64,000 nucleotides of DNA from Eledone cirrhosa (lineage: Eukaryota): NCBI GenBank assembly GCA_964016885.1, contig OZ024740.1, forward strand, positions 432,326,001 to 432,390,000, written 5' to 3'. Both the position numbers and the translations under genes were made by a program. Position 1 is the stretch's first letter; every line of letters starts with the position of its first letter. This document shows, one piece after another, positions 15,001 to 26,757 of this stretch. The notes beneath the pieces are model-generated. The model ran no database searches. It was not told where the DNA came from and saw only the letters and a list, made by a program, of their open reading frames with translations.

Positions 15001-18000
15001 TTGTCTCATGACGTGGGTGACAAGGTATGGCCAAATGGCCAGGCTTCTCTCATGACGTGGGTGACAAGGTACGGCCAACTGGCCAGGGTTGTCTCATGAC
15101 GTGGGTGACAAGGTACGGCCAATTGGCCAGGGTTGTCTCTTGACGTGGGTGACAAGGTACGGCCAACTGGCCAGGGTTGTCTCATGACGCGGGTGACAGG
15201 GTACGGCCAAATGGCCAGACCTGTCTCATGACGTGGGTGACAAGGTACGGCCAACTGGCCAGACTTGTCTCATGACGTAGGTGACAAGGTACGGCCAATT
15301 GGCCAGACTTGTCTCATGACGTAGGTGACAAGGTACGGCCAATTGGCCAGACTTGTCTCATGACGTAGGTGACAAGGTACGGCCAATTGGCCAGACTTGT
15401 CTCATGACGTGAGTGACAAGGTACGGCCAACTGGCTAGACCTGTCTCATGACGTGGGTGACAAGGTACGGCCAACTGGCCAGACTTGTCTCATGATGTTG
15501 GTGACAAGGTACGGCCAACTGGCCAGGCTTGTCTCATGACATAGGTGACAAGGTACGGCCAACTGGCCAGACTTGTCTCATGATGTTGATGACAAGGTAC
15601 GGCCAACTGGCCAGACTTGTCTCATGACGTAGGTGACAAGGTACGGCCAACTGGCCAGGGTTGTCTCATGATGTGAGTGACAAGGTACGGCCAACTGGCC
15701 AGGCTTGTCTCATGACGTGGGTGACAAGGTACGGCCAACTGGCCAGGCTTGTCTCATGATGTGGGTGACAAGGTACGGCCAACTGGCCAGGCTTGTCTCA
15801 TGACGTAGGTGACAAGGTACGGCCAATTGGCCAGACTTGTCTCATGACGTAGGTGACAAGGTACGGTCAACTGGCCAGGCTTGTCTCATGACGTGGGTGA
15901 CAAGGTACGGCCAACTGGCCAGGCTTGTCTCATGACGTAGGTGACAAGGTACGGCCAACTGGCCAGGCTTGTCTAATGATGTGGGTGACAAGGTACGGCC
16001 AACTGGCCAGACTTGTCTCATGACGTCAGTGACAAGGTACGGCCAACTGGCCAGACCTGTCTCATGACGTAGGTGACAAGGTACGGCCAACTGGCCAGGC
16101 TTGTCTCATGATGCGAGTGACGAGGTACGGCCAACTGGCCAGACCTGTCTCATGACGTAGGTGACAAGGTACGGCCAACTGGCCAGACTTGTCTCATGAC
16201 GTGGGTGACAAGGTACGGCCAACTGGCCAGACCTGTCTCATGACGTAGGTGACAAGGTATGGCCAACTGGCCAGACTTGTCTCATGATGTTGGTGACAAG
16301 GTACGGCCAACTGGCCAGACCTGTCTCATGACGTGGGTGACAAGGTACGGCCAACTGGCCAGGCCTGTCTCATGACGTAGGTGACAAGGTACGGCCAACT
16401 GGCCAGACTTGTCTCATGATGTTGGTGACAAGGTACGGCCAACTGGCCAGACTTGTCTCATGACGTAGGTGACAAGGTACGGCCAACTGGCCAGGGTTGT
16501 CTCATGACGTGAGTGACAAGGTACGGCCAACTGGCCAGACTTGTCTCATGACGTGAGTGACAAGGTACGGCCAACTGGCCAGACTTGTCTCATGACGTAG
16601 GTCACAAGGTACGGCCAACTGGCCAGACTTGTCTCATGACGTGAGTAACAAGGTACGGCCAACTGGCCAGACTTGTCTCATGACATAGGTGACAAGGTAC
16701 GGCCAACTGGCCGGGGTTGTCTCATGACGTGAGTGACAAGGTACGGCCAACTGGCCAGGCTTGTCTCATGACGTGGGTGACAAGGTACGGCCAACTGGCC
16801 AGGCTTGTCTCATGACGTGGGTGACAAGGTACGGCCAACTGGCCAGGCTTGTCTCATGACGTGGGTGACAAGGTACGGCCAACTGGCCAGGGTTGTCTCA
16901 TGAAGTGAGTGACAAGGTACGGCCAACTGGCCAGACTTGTCTCATGACGTGAGTGACAAGGTACGGCCAACTGGCCAGACTTGTCTCATGAAGTGAGTGA
17001 CAAGGTACGGCCAACTGGCCAGACTTGTCTCATGAAGTGAGTGACAAGGTACGGCCAACTGGCCAGACCTGTCTCATGACGTGGGTGACAAGGTACGGCC
17101 AACTGGCCAGACTTGTCTCATGACGTGGGTGACAAGGTACGGCCAACTGGCCAGACTTGTCTCATGACGTAGGTGACAAGGTACGGCCAACTGGCCAGAC
17201 TTGTCTCATGACGTAGGTGACAAGGTACGGCCAACTGGCCAGACTTGTCTCATGATTTTGATGACAAGGTACGGCCAACTGGCCAGACTTGTCTCATGAC
17301 GTAGGTGACAAGGTACGGCTAACTGGCCAGACTTGTCTCATGATGTTGGTGACAAGGTACGGCCAACTGGCCAGACCTGTCTCATGACGTGGGTGACAAG
17401 GTACGGCCAACTGGCCAGACTTGTCTCATGATGTTGGTGACAAGGTACGGCCAACTGGCCAGACCTGTCTCATGACGTGGGTGACAAGGTACGGCCAACA
17501 GGCCAGACTTGTCTCATGATGCTGGTGACAAGGTACGGCCAACTGGCCAGACCTGTCTCATGACGTGGGTGACAAGGTACGGCCAACTGGCCAGACTTAT
17601 CTCATGATGTTGGTGACAAGGTACGGCCAACTGGCCAGACTTGTCTCATGGCGTCAGTGACAAGGTACGGCCAACTGGCCAGACCTGTATCATGACGTGT
17701 GTGACAAGGTACGGCCAACTGGCCAGACTTGTCTCATGACGTGGGTGACAAGGTACGGCCAACTGGCCAGACTTGTCTCATGGCGTGGGTGACAAGGTAC
17801 GGCCAACTGGCCGGGGTTGTCTCATGACGTGAGTGACAAGGTACGGCCAACTGGCCAGGCTTGTCTCACGACGTGGGTGACAAGGTACGGCCAACTGGCC
17901 AGGGTTGTCTCATGACGTGAGTGACAAGGTACGGCCAACTGGCCAGACTTGTCTCATGACGTAGGTGACAAGGTACGGCCAACTGGCCAGGGATGTCTCA

Positions 18001-19181
18001 TGACGTGAGTGACAAGGTACGGCCAACTGGCCAGACTTGTCTCATGAAGTGAGTGACAAGGTACGGCCAACTGGCCAGACTTGTCTCATGACGTAGGTGA
18101 CAAGGTACGGCTAACTGGCCAGACTTGTCTCATGATGTTGGTGACAAGGTACGGCCAACTGGCCAGACCTGTCTCATGACGTGGGTGACAAGGTACGGCC
18201 AACTGGCCAGACTTGTCTCATGATGTTGGTGACAAGGTACGGCCAACTGGCCAGACCTGTATCATGACGTGGGTGACAAGGTACGGCCAACTGGCCAGAC
18301 TTGTCTCATGACGTGAGTGACAAGGTACGGCCAACTGGCCAGACTTGTCTCATGACGTGAGTGACAAGGTACGGCCAACTGGCCAGACTTGTCTCATGAC
18401 GTAGGTGACAAAGTACGGCCAACTGGCCAGACTTGTCTCATGATGTTGGTGACAAGGTACGGCCAACTGGCCAGACCTGTCTCATGACGTGGGTGACAAG
18501 GTACGGCCAACTGGCCAGACTTGTCTCATGATGTTGGTGACAAGGTACGGCCAACTGGCCAGACCTGTATCATGACGTGGGTGACAAGGTACGGCCAACT
18601 GGCCAGACTTGTCTCATGACGTGAGTGACAAGGTACGGCCAACTGGCCAGACTTGTCTCATGACGTGAGTGACAAGGTACGGCCAACTGGCCAGACTTGT
18701 CTCATGACGTAGGTGACAAAGTACGGCCAACTGGCCAGACTTGTCTCATGACGTGGGTGACAAGGTACGGCCAACTGGCCAGACTTGTCTCATGACATTG
18801 TTGACAAGGTACGGCCAAATGGCCAGACTTGTCTCATGACGTAGGTGACAAGGTACGGCCAACTGGCCAGACTTGTCTCATGACGTCAGTGACAAGGTAC
18901 GGCCAACTGGCCAGACTTGTCTCATGACGTGGGTGACAAGGTACGGCCAACTGGCCAGACTTGTCTCACGAAGTGGGTGACAAGGTACGGCCAACTGGCC
19001 AGACTTGTCTCATGACGTGGGTGACAAGGTACGGCCAACTGGCCAGACTTGTCTCATGACGTGGGCGACAAGATACGGCCAACTGGCCAGACTTGTCTCA
19101 TGACGTGGGTGACAAGGTACGGCCAACTGGCCAGACGTGTCTCATGACGTGGGCGACAAGATACAGCCAACTGGCCAGGCT
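1..19181. repeat. 44-bp tandem satellite (consensus acttgtctcatgacgtgggtgacaaggtacggccaactggccag), ~435 copies, open at left window edge
   Basis: Direct 44-bp periodicity throughout, with rare 42-bp units (ttgtcatgac at 8671, 11177, 12759). Ends at the junction with LINE sequence at ~19181. Confidence 0.99.
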
Positions 19182-22100
19182 CCGTCCATGTTTTTTGTGG
19201 TCTACCTCTACCACGTCTCCTTCAGCTGGCATTTCCTGGCACTTCTTCACCCATCGGTCATCCTCCATGCGCATCACATGTCCATACCACCTCAGTCTCC
19301 TCTCCCGTAGACTACATTCTATCCCTCTCAGACACAGTTTCTCTCTCAACACATTCATGCTGGGTCATTCACGCACATTGACACTGCACATCCAACGGAG
19401 CATGCTTGCCTCATTTCTCTCCAGCCGTTGCACATCCTCTGCAGTTGCTGCCCATGTCTCACTACCATACAACATCGCGCTCCTCACATAGGCATCATAT
19501 AACCGGCCTTTCGTACGCAGGGAGAAACCCTTCTCCGTCAGCAGAGGAAGCAGCTCCCTAAACTTCTTCCAACCCGTCCTTATTCTATGGCCTCGGAACA
19601 CTCCCATCCCATGCTAATCTGATCTCCGAGGTACCAGAAGCTATCCACCACTTCTATAGCACCCGCCTGCATTTGAAAAATGCGTCTATCAAAGCGACTT
19701 CTACTGTCTAATTTCCCTGTACATCTACTGCATACATATTTCTCCCTACCTGTTAGTTTGCCTGCTATCACGCTACAACTCTTGTGTACCCAGGATCTGC
19801 ATTGTGTGCATTTTATAGAATGTATGCCAGTTTCTTTTCTGCATATCGAACATGGCCATTTCCCTGACGGAATCAGGGTTTTGTCCTCTTTTCTACTCAA
19901 CACTTTTGTCTTAGCTACACTGTGTAGATTCACTCTCAGTCCTCTTGCTTCCAACTGCTGTTTCCATAGCCAGAATTTATTCTCTAGCTCCTCTACTGAT
20001 TCTGCTACAAGAACCAGCTCGTTAGCATAGAGAAGTTCCCATGGACAGCCAGTCTTAAACTCTTCTATTATGGCTTGGAGGACTATAATGAACAAGAGCG
20101 GGCTGAGGAACGAACCTCGATGTACTCCTACTTGTATCTGGAATTCCTCACTAAACTCCATTCCTACCTTGACTTTACTGACAGTACCTCTGTACAAAGT
20201 TTGCACTGTCCTCACAAGCCATTCCTCAACACCTAGTTTCCTTAGGGACCACCAGATGACAGATCGGGTTACCCTATCAAAGGCCTTCTCTAGGTCAACA
20301 AAGGCTAAGTATAGTGGCTTATTTTATCTAATAACCTCTCTTGCAATTGTCTCACCAAGAAGAGGGCATCTGTTGTACTCTTCCCAGGCACAAAACCAAA
20401 CTGCATCTCATCTAGTTTGACCCTTTCTCTAATTAGTTGTGCTAATATCCTTTCTGCCACTTTCATAACCTGATCCAACAGTTTTATAGCCCTATAATTG
20501 CTCCTCTCCAGAGCATCCCCTTTACCTTTGTAGCAATTTATGAGAATACTGCTGCACCAGTCTTTGGGTATGACACCACCATATATAGCCTGATTGATGA
20601 TGTGTGCCACCACTTTAGTGCCTACGTCCCCTGATGCCTTCAGCATCTCAGCAACTATTCCCGATGGTCCAGCAGCCTTACCATTTTTCATTTCCTTAAT
20701 CGCCTCTTGGACCCTATATTCGTCAATCTCAATAGCTGGTCCCTCTGTCGGATCTACTGAGGGTAATTTCTCTCTCTCCCATTCATTCTCCACATTCATC
20801 AGTCTCTCATAATGACATTTCCAGGCCTCCTTTTTCTGATCATTCGTGACACTAAGTACACCGGCATCGTTCCGGACACATTTATCTCCAACAACATCCT
20901 GATTTGCATTGACACACTGCCTTGCAATGTGGAACACCGCACACCTCTGATCTTCCCGTCGCAGAACATTGGCAAACCTCCTACTCTCAGCCTCCCTGCG
21001 TGCTAAGTACACCTGACGTCTAGCTTCTCTCTTAGCGGCTGTATATTCTTCCCTACTCCCACCCTTTTTTTTCCAAGCCTTCCATGCTAGTCTTTTGTCT
21101 CTAATGGCCTTATCTACTATGCTGTTCCACCACCAGGTCACTATCTGTCTGGTTGGAGCTCTGCTCCAGCCACAAGTTTCATCAGTAGCCTGCAGTAAGT
21201 TGTCATGTAAGAAATTCCAGTTATTATCTATGTCATACGTCTCTAAATTGTCTTTTTTTTGTCATACACATCTTGAAGGGCTTTCCTAAATTTGTATTTT
21301 AGTGAAAGGTCTTTTAGCTTCCAGACCTTTCTTCTCCACACCTTCCTGTATGTCTCATTCCATCTCTTGCTTACTGAGATATCACTAACGACTAACCTAT
21401 GCTGTGGGGTACAATCTGGCTTATGTGCTCGCCAGATTTGTAGGTTATTAGGTGGTTGGCAGGTTTCTGGAAGTTTGTGTTGCAAATAGTCAGTGTACTT
21501 GCATCTCAAAATTCAAGAAGTTTCACTCCATTTCTTGAGCCATAACCGTGCCCACTATGTATCCCAGTGTAACCATCCTGGAACTGTCCAACATGACCAT
21601 TGAAGTCCCCTGCTAGCATAACGATGTCTCCGTCCCCTGTCATTGCGGTTGTTTGTAAAAGTTGCTCGTAAAAGCAGTGTTTCTCATATTTGCCTCGGCC
21701 TGCTTGGGGAGCATAGGCAGAGATGATTGTCAGTAGACTCCTGCCTACAACTAATCTAAGCTTAATTATTCGATTACTAACTCGAACTACCTCTATTGTC
21801 TTATTGATCCATCTCTCAGCCAGGAAAATGCCTACTCCCCCTAACCCATCATCCTTACCTACCCAGAAAAGCTTATAGCTAAGATGTTTGCCTACGACTA
21901 GTCTCGCAGAGGCACCTCTCCATCTCACCTCTTGCATGCAGCACACATCCACATGCCTTCTCTCCAGCATCTCCGCTATTTCAGCAGATCTACCTCTGAG
22001 AGTGCCAACATTAAGTGTTGCAACTCTGAGATGCGACGTCTTCATATTTTGTTGTTGTTCCTATCTATTTGTTGCTGTGCTGATAAGCGTTTTGGCATTG

Positions 22101-22245
22101 ATACACTGGTTGGATGCCCTTCTTAACACCAGCGCCACTTTACAGCATGGACTGGGTGCTTTTATTTGTGCCACCAGCACTAGAGAGGATGTCTTACTAG
22201 ACTCAAGGACCCTCTCTACCCCTCCATTTTACAGCATGGTCATAA
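19182..22245 (-). mobile_element. Decayed RTE-clade non-LTR retrotransposon (APE endonuclease + RT), 3'-truncated by the satellite
   Basis: APE motifs LRVATLNVGTL..DVCCMQEVRW, SAYAPQ, LAGDFNGHVG (21506-22045). RT motifs MKNGKAAGPSGI, YKGKGD..NYRAIKLL, QFGFVPGKSTTDA, GVHRGSFLSPLLF, LYANEL (degraded YADD). C-terminal RSAMLYGSETW, RRLRWYGHVMR and RGRPQKTW. Several frameshifts and stops. 5' boundary approximate. Confidence 0.95.
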
Positions 22246-22487
22246 AAAAAAAAACCCCACTTCTTGACACGACATGCACACACACTCACAGACCAACACT
22301 CATGCATACAAACTACAAACACACACGCCACTCACATACCAACGCTCATGCATACAAACACACACACCACTCACATACATATATATATATATTACTGGCA
22401 GTACTGATACAAAATCAAAATCATGTCAACTGTTGACTTTTCCCAGTCCAGTTTTTATATAATAATAATAATAATTGTTTGCTTTAT

Positions 22488-22965
22488 GCTGGTGATGGTG
22501 GTGGTGGTGGTGAATGGTGGTGGTGGATAGTGTCAGTGATGGTGATGGTGGTGGATGGTGTCAGTGATGGTGGATGGTGTCAGTGATGGTGATGGATGGT
22601 GACTGATGGTGGCGATGGTGGTGGTGGATGGTAGCGGTGGTAGTAGTGGTGGTGGTGAAGGTGGTGGATGGTGTCAGTGATTGTGGTGATGGCGGTGGTG
22701 GTGGATGGTGCCAGTGATAGTGGTTGTGGTGCTGAATGGTGTTAGTGATGGTGGTGGTGGTGGTGGTGGATGTTGCCAGTGATGATGGTGGTGGTGGTTG
22801 TGGTGGTGGTGAAGGATGGTGTCAGTATGGTGATGGTGGTGGCAGTTGTTGTTGCTGTTGTTGCTGCTGCTGCCGTTGTTCTTCATTTCACTGCTGCTGC
22901 TGCTGCTGCCGTTGCTGCTGTTGTTGCTGTCGCTGTTGTTGCTGTTGTTGTAGTTGTTGCTGTGT
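22488..22965. repeat. Compound trinucleotide microsatellite (GGT/GAT then GTT/GCT)
   Basis: Visible low-complexity triplet runs; the poly-V/C/H/N ORFs here are artefacts. Confidence 0.92.
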
Positions 22966-23501
22966 TGAAATCTGGTCGCATCCACTGAGATATATATACA
23001 CACACATACACATATATACATATATATATATATATGTATATATATACACATACATCATAGGAGTTAGCAGTTTGTCAACAGGTCAGCCAGCTTAGATAGG
23101 GTAATGAGTTATGTGGTGATGGTGGGAGCCGAGTGTAGACGTTATTGTTATTGTGGTGGTGGGGGCAGTGAGATGTACAAGTTCATAGTTCACTTGTTCC
23201 TTTTTTTCCCGTCTCTTTTCAAAATTTGAATTTATGGCCTTTTGCAATGGCAGACAAGTAAGCATAAAATGTAAATTTTTTTTAAAATAGAGATTGCTCT
23301 GGAATTCTCAGAACGTTTCCTGGCTTCCAATGAGCAAAAATTATTGTTGTATTTTGGTCTTTCAGAATACGAAAATTAATAAAAACTTACCCCCACGAAA
23401 AACCGTGAGCTCCCTATATATAATGTGATGTATTTAAATAACAATAAAAATAGTTGAGATATCAACATGAAAGTATAATCTCTCTTATTAAAAGTGTTTA
23501 C

Positions 23502-23672
23502 CTCGAAATAACTGTACTTGTACATGTTGCCACCAGTAAGACGACACAGTTCACCAATAGTAGCTATATCAACATAAGAATTAGGGAACAGGAATAGATC
23601 AACACTACAACCAGCTGTAACACATTGTTGTCCAAGTTTGGTGTAGAAATTTCCATGAGGGGTGAGAAGTGT
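23502..23672 (-). CDS. SEC24C: SEC24C/D coding exon 13 (TLLTPHGNFYTKLGQQCVTAGCSVDLFLFPNSYVDIATIGELCRLTGGNMYKYSYFE), trunk domain
   Basis: Manual translation; ttttttag acceptor, gtaaac donor, 171 nt, phase 0/0. GCSVDLFLFP..YVD.AT and TGG motifs of the Sec24 trunk. Confidence 0.93.
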
Positions 23673-23708
23673 CTAAAAAAAGAAAAATATTTAATACCTC
23701 AAATACAT

Positions 23709-23860
<152 letters not shown>

Positions 23861-24004
23861 AATCCATTGTTATTTTGGTAAGGTGTGTCAAGTTCGATGC
23901 ATTATTGAAGTTGACAGCATGCAGGAATCCATGTCAAAGGTGTACTCCAATGAGTTATAATACTGGTAGATGAAAACAGTGAAAGCCACAGAGCATAAAT
24001 AATC

Positions 24005-24210
24005 AATACAAAAGGAAAACCAAGGTTGTTATTCAAATTCCATCTTTAATTTCTACAATTGTTTCTATAGAGATAAATATAGTGCCAGTATACAAAACCA
24101 ATCAATTAATTGATTGATTCTGTATGCTGGTCCTATATTTATCTCTGTAGAAACAATTATAGAAAGTAAAGATGGAATTTGAATAATAATCTTGGTTTTC
24201 CTTTTGTATT
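24005..24210. repeat. ~206-bp imperfect palindrome with no spacer
   Basis: aatacaaaaggaaaacc... pairs with ...ggttttccttttgtatt; centre aatcaatt|aattgatt at 24107/24108. Confidence 0.93.
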
Positions 24211-24442
24211 AACTATAAACATTTTCCTTTTTTCCAATTTGAGAGAAGCATCACCATTGTTTGACTATAAGAAATGATCTAAGGTAGTGCTGTACACTTT
24301 TTTCCATCTTCAGCGTTTATATGTCCAACTTAGATTATTTTTCATAGTCAAACAATGTTGTTGCTTCTTTCAAATACAAAAAAACTTCCTATCACTGAAT
24401 GGTTCTAAAAATAGATTGTGTGTGTATGTGTACATAATGCAT

Positions 24443-25488
24443 ACCAGATAGAAAAATGCGTACACCAAAAAAAAGTAATATTGTTGGAATATAAACCTTT
24501 AAAAATACAGGACAAGAAACTAAAATAAAACTTTAAAAGAATAGAACAAGAAACTAAGATAAAACTTTAAAAGAATAGGACAAGAAACTAAGATAAAACT
24601 TTCAAGAATTGGACAAGAAATAAAAAATTTTACAATAATATTAGTGGCAAAATTTTTATTGGTAAAAAATCGAGTTCCACATTCATAGGCTCTGGGTTCC
24701 ACATTCAGAGGTCGTCGTCAGACCGGGGTGATCATTTGATCCTGGTTTGAACACCAATTGGGCCATAACCATACCCCTATTTCATCATTCGGCGACACGC
24801 CTCATGTGTCATGCATAATGTGAATGGACCCATGGGCCCAGATCTTGAGCAGCAGTGGAGGGTCTTGTTGTCCCACTCATCCTTGATCTTGACCAACCCG
24901 TCCATCTTCTCCTTGAGTTCAAGTCCGACAGTCCAGATGAATGCGTGCCACAGCTTTCTGGTGCAGGAAAGGGGAACAGGAGGACTGGAGGGATGATGGG
25001 ACAGAGGGAGGGAGGACCGGTGGTTGAGGGAGGTGCCGTAGTCAGTGGTCAGAGTCGACATCTTGTCCTGGTCGTCTTCTCCATCTTCGTCTGGTGTTGC
25101 GGGACCAGAATTGCATTCTTAGAGGAGACCTGCAGCTGCATCGGCCAATTCTTCTTGCAATGGTCATTCTGACGGAGCAGAACTGCTCAGCCAACCAACC
25201 CCAACCAGAACCAGAACCAACCGCTCAGGGGCAACGCACAATGAGAGCATGACAATTATTATGCACTAATCAAGAAGATACTGGGGCATAGCACAGGAAA
25301 CGAATAAAAAAATTTTGCCACTAATATTATTGTAAATTTTTTTATTTCTTGTCCAATTCTTTAAAGTTTTATCTTAGTTTCTTGTCCTATTCTTTTAAAG
25401 TTTTATCTTAGTTTCTTGTCCTGTATTTTTAAAGGTTTATATTCCAACAATATTACTTTTTTTTGCTGTACGCATTTTTCTATCTGGT
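24443..25488. repeat. Inverted repeat (arms 24443-24660 and 25303-25488) enclosing a GC-rich ~640-bp core
   Basis: Arms are near-identical reverse complements containing ~34-bp subrepeats (ggacaagaaactaagataaaactttaaaagaata); the left arm has one more unit. Confidence 0.93.
24661..25250 (-). pseudogene. Possible decayed ORF of unknown function inside the inverted arms
   Basis: GC-rich coding-like composition. The 94-aa ORF 24777-25061 continues past stops as GYGYGPIGVQTRIK*SPRSDDDL*MWNPEPMNVELDFL, then AATAAA. No family recognised. Confidence 0.35.
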
Positions 25489-25761
25489 TTACTATTTTTT
25501 AAGGCAATGCAAGCAACAACTATCTAATAATTAAATGATCATAGTGAATTACTGACAAGTGATTGACATTTTAAAGTTCTTTTGAGTATAATTGCAATCT
25601 AGTTGAGGCAACTGGCTTAATGACAAAGCTAGTAAATCATGAATGCATTTGAGATGATTAGTGCATAATAGTGAATTGGTGAAACTTGTGCATTTCAACG
25701 GTGTTACAACAATAGATGTAAGTTATATAGTAGTAATACTTTATCATTTCAACTTTTTAGA

Positions 25762-26121
25762 ATGGACAAAAACCCATGCAAAGAAATGACTTTGACTGCA
25801 GTGATTCTCTCCAATTTACTTACAAAGCAAAACGTGGTCAAATACCTTATCATCTCTGATAAAATGCCCATTGAATCACTGAAAATCGGATGCATGGAAT
25901 TCCTCATACAATGCACCTATGAATCGGAAGCCATCACATATATCAATGGATATAGGGAGTTGTTCACACTGGAAGACCATCACTTCATTTGTGACTTCAT
26001 CAGTTATCTCCACGAGTATCTCAGACACCCAATGCCATTGATGAGAGGTGATCCAATGTGTGAGCATGTAACTAATCTTATAGAAGTTGTTATCGACCAC
26101 CTGGCTTTTAGTGACATTTGA
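25762..26121 (+). CDS. 119-aa ORF with a BACK/SPOP-C-terminal-like motif, antisense and nested in a SEC24 intron
   Basis: LTKQNVVKYLIISDKMPIESLKIGCMEFLI resembles the BACK pattern (N...L..AD....L+..C++FI). Upstream GTAAGT (25718)..TTTTTAG (25760); downstream AATAAA at 26207. Confidence 0.5.
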   Translation: MDKNPCKEMTLTAVILSNLLTKQNVVKYLIISDKMPIESLKIGCMEFLIQCTYESEAITYINGYRELFTLEDHHFICDFISYLHEYLRHPMPLMRGDPMCEHVTNLIEVVIDHLAFSDI

Positions 26122-26733
26122 CTGATTTGACTGATAATGATGTATTTTTAAAAAGTATGTGTACATTCTTGTTACTATTTTAAGGCAATGCAAGCAACAA
26201 CTATTTAATAAAATTTAAATTTAAAAATGACCATTGTGCATTACTAGTATGATGACATTTTATTAAGTCACAAAATTAGTCAGTCAGCCATAGAACAAGG
26301 ATCAGGTGGCAAAAACATTGGCAAAAATTTGTGTCAATTTAAGATTTCCAACATTGTTCAAATGAATCATATCTGGTTTGAAGTCAGATTTGTCAAATTT
26401 TGACCAATTTTCAATGTTGTGAAGATTGGGCAAGTTCAATTTTTGAATCATTTCTTTCATGCAGTAATTAAACTTTTCCAAACGTCGTCATTTCTGGATT
26501 ACCTCCCCTAGCGTCACGCTTACTACACACTCACTTGAACACAAGATTTATCAGCAAACTTTGATTATAAGCTTTTTCCCGCTGGACCAAATTTTTAGAT
26601 TTTTAAGCCAAAAGATGCGTAATGATCTACTGTTCATGCTCATATAAGTTTTATCTCAGTTAAATAAAGTAGAGCCGCGCTGTACTATCGTAAACAGACG
26701 ATTGCCAACGAAAACACGACCACAACAATATTA

Positions 26734-26757
26734 CTAAACGGACTACCGTCCGTTTAG
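26734..26757 (+). other. Perfect 10-bp stem/4-nt loop hairpin (ctaaacggac-tacc-gtccgtttag), candidate terminus of a Helentron/HINE-like element
   Basis: Hairpin seen directly; preceded by a CpG-containing tract (acagacg..acacgaccacaacaata). The element assignment is inference. Confidence 0.45.

Noticed and set aside
624-16090. Repeated 82-aa ORFs (MAVPCHPRHETSLASW...)
   Set aside because: Translations of the 44-bp satellite where a variant removes a stop; non-ATG starts.
1-19181. CRISPR-like array next to a reverse transcriptase
   Set aside because: Palindromic units are head-to-tail with no unique spacers, there are no cas genes, and the RT is a eukaryotic LINE.
22674-23095. His/Asn/Cys/Val-rich ORFs
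   Set aside because: Trinucleotide microsatellite translations.
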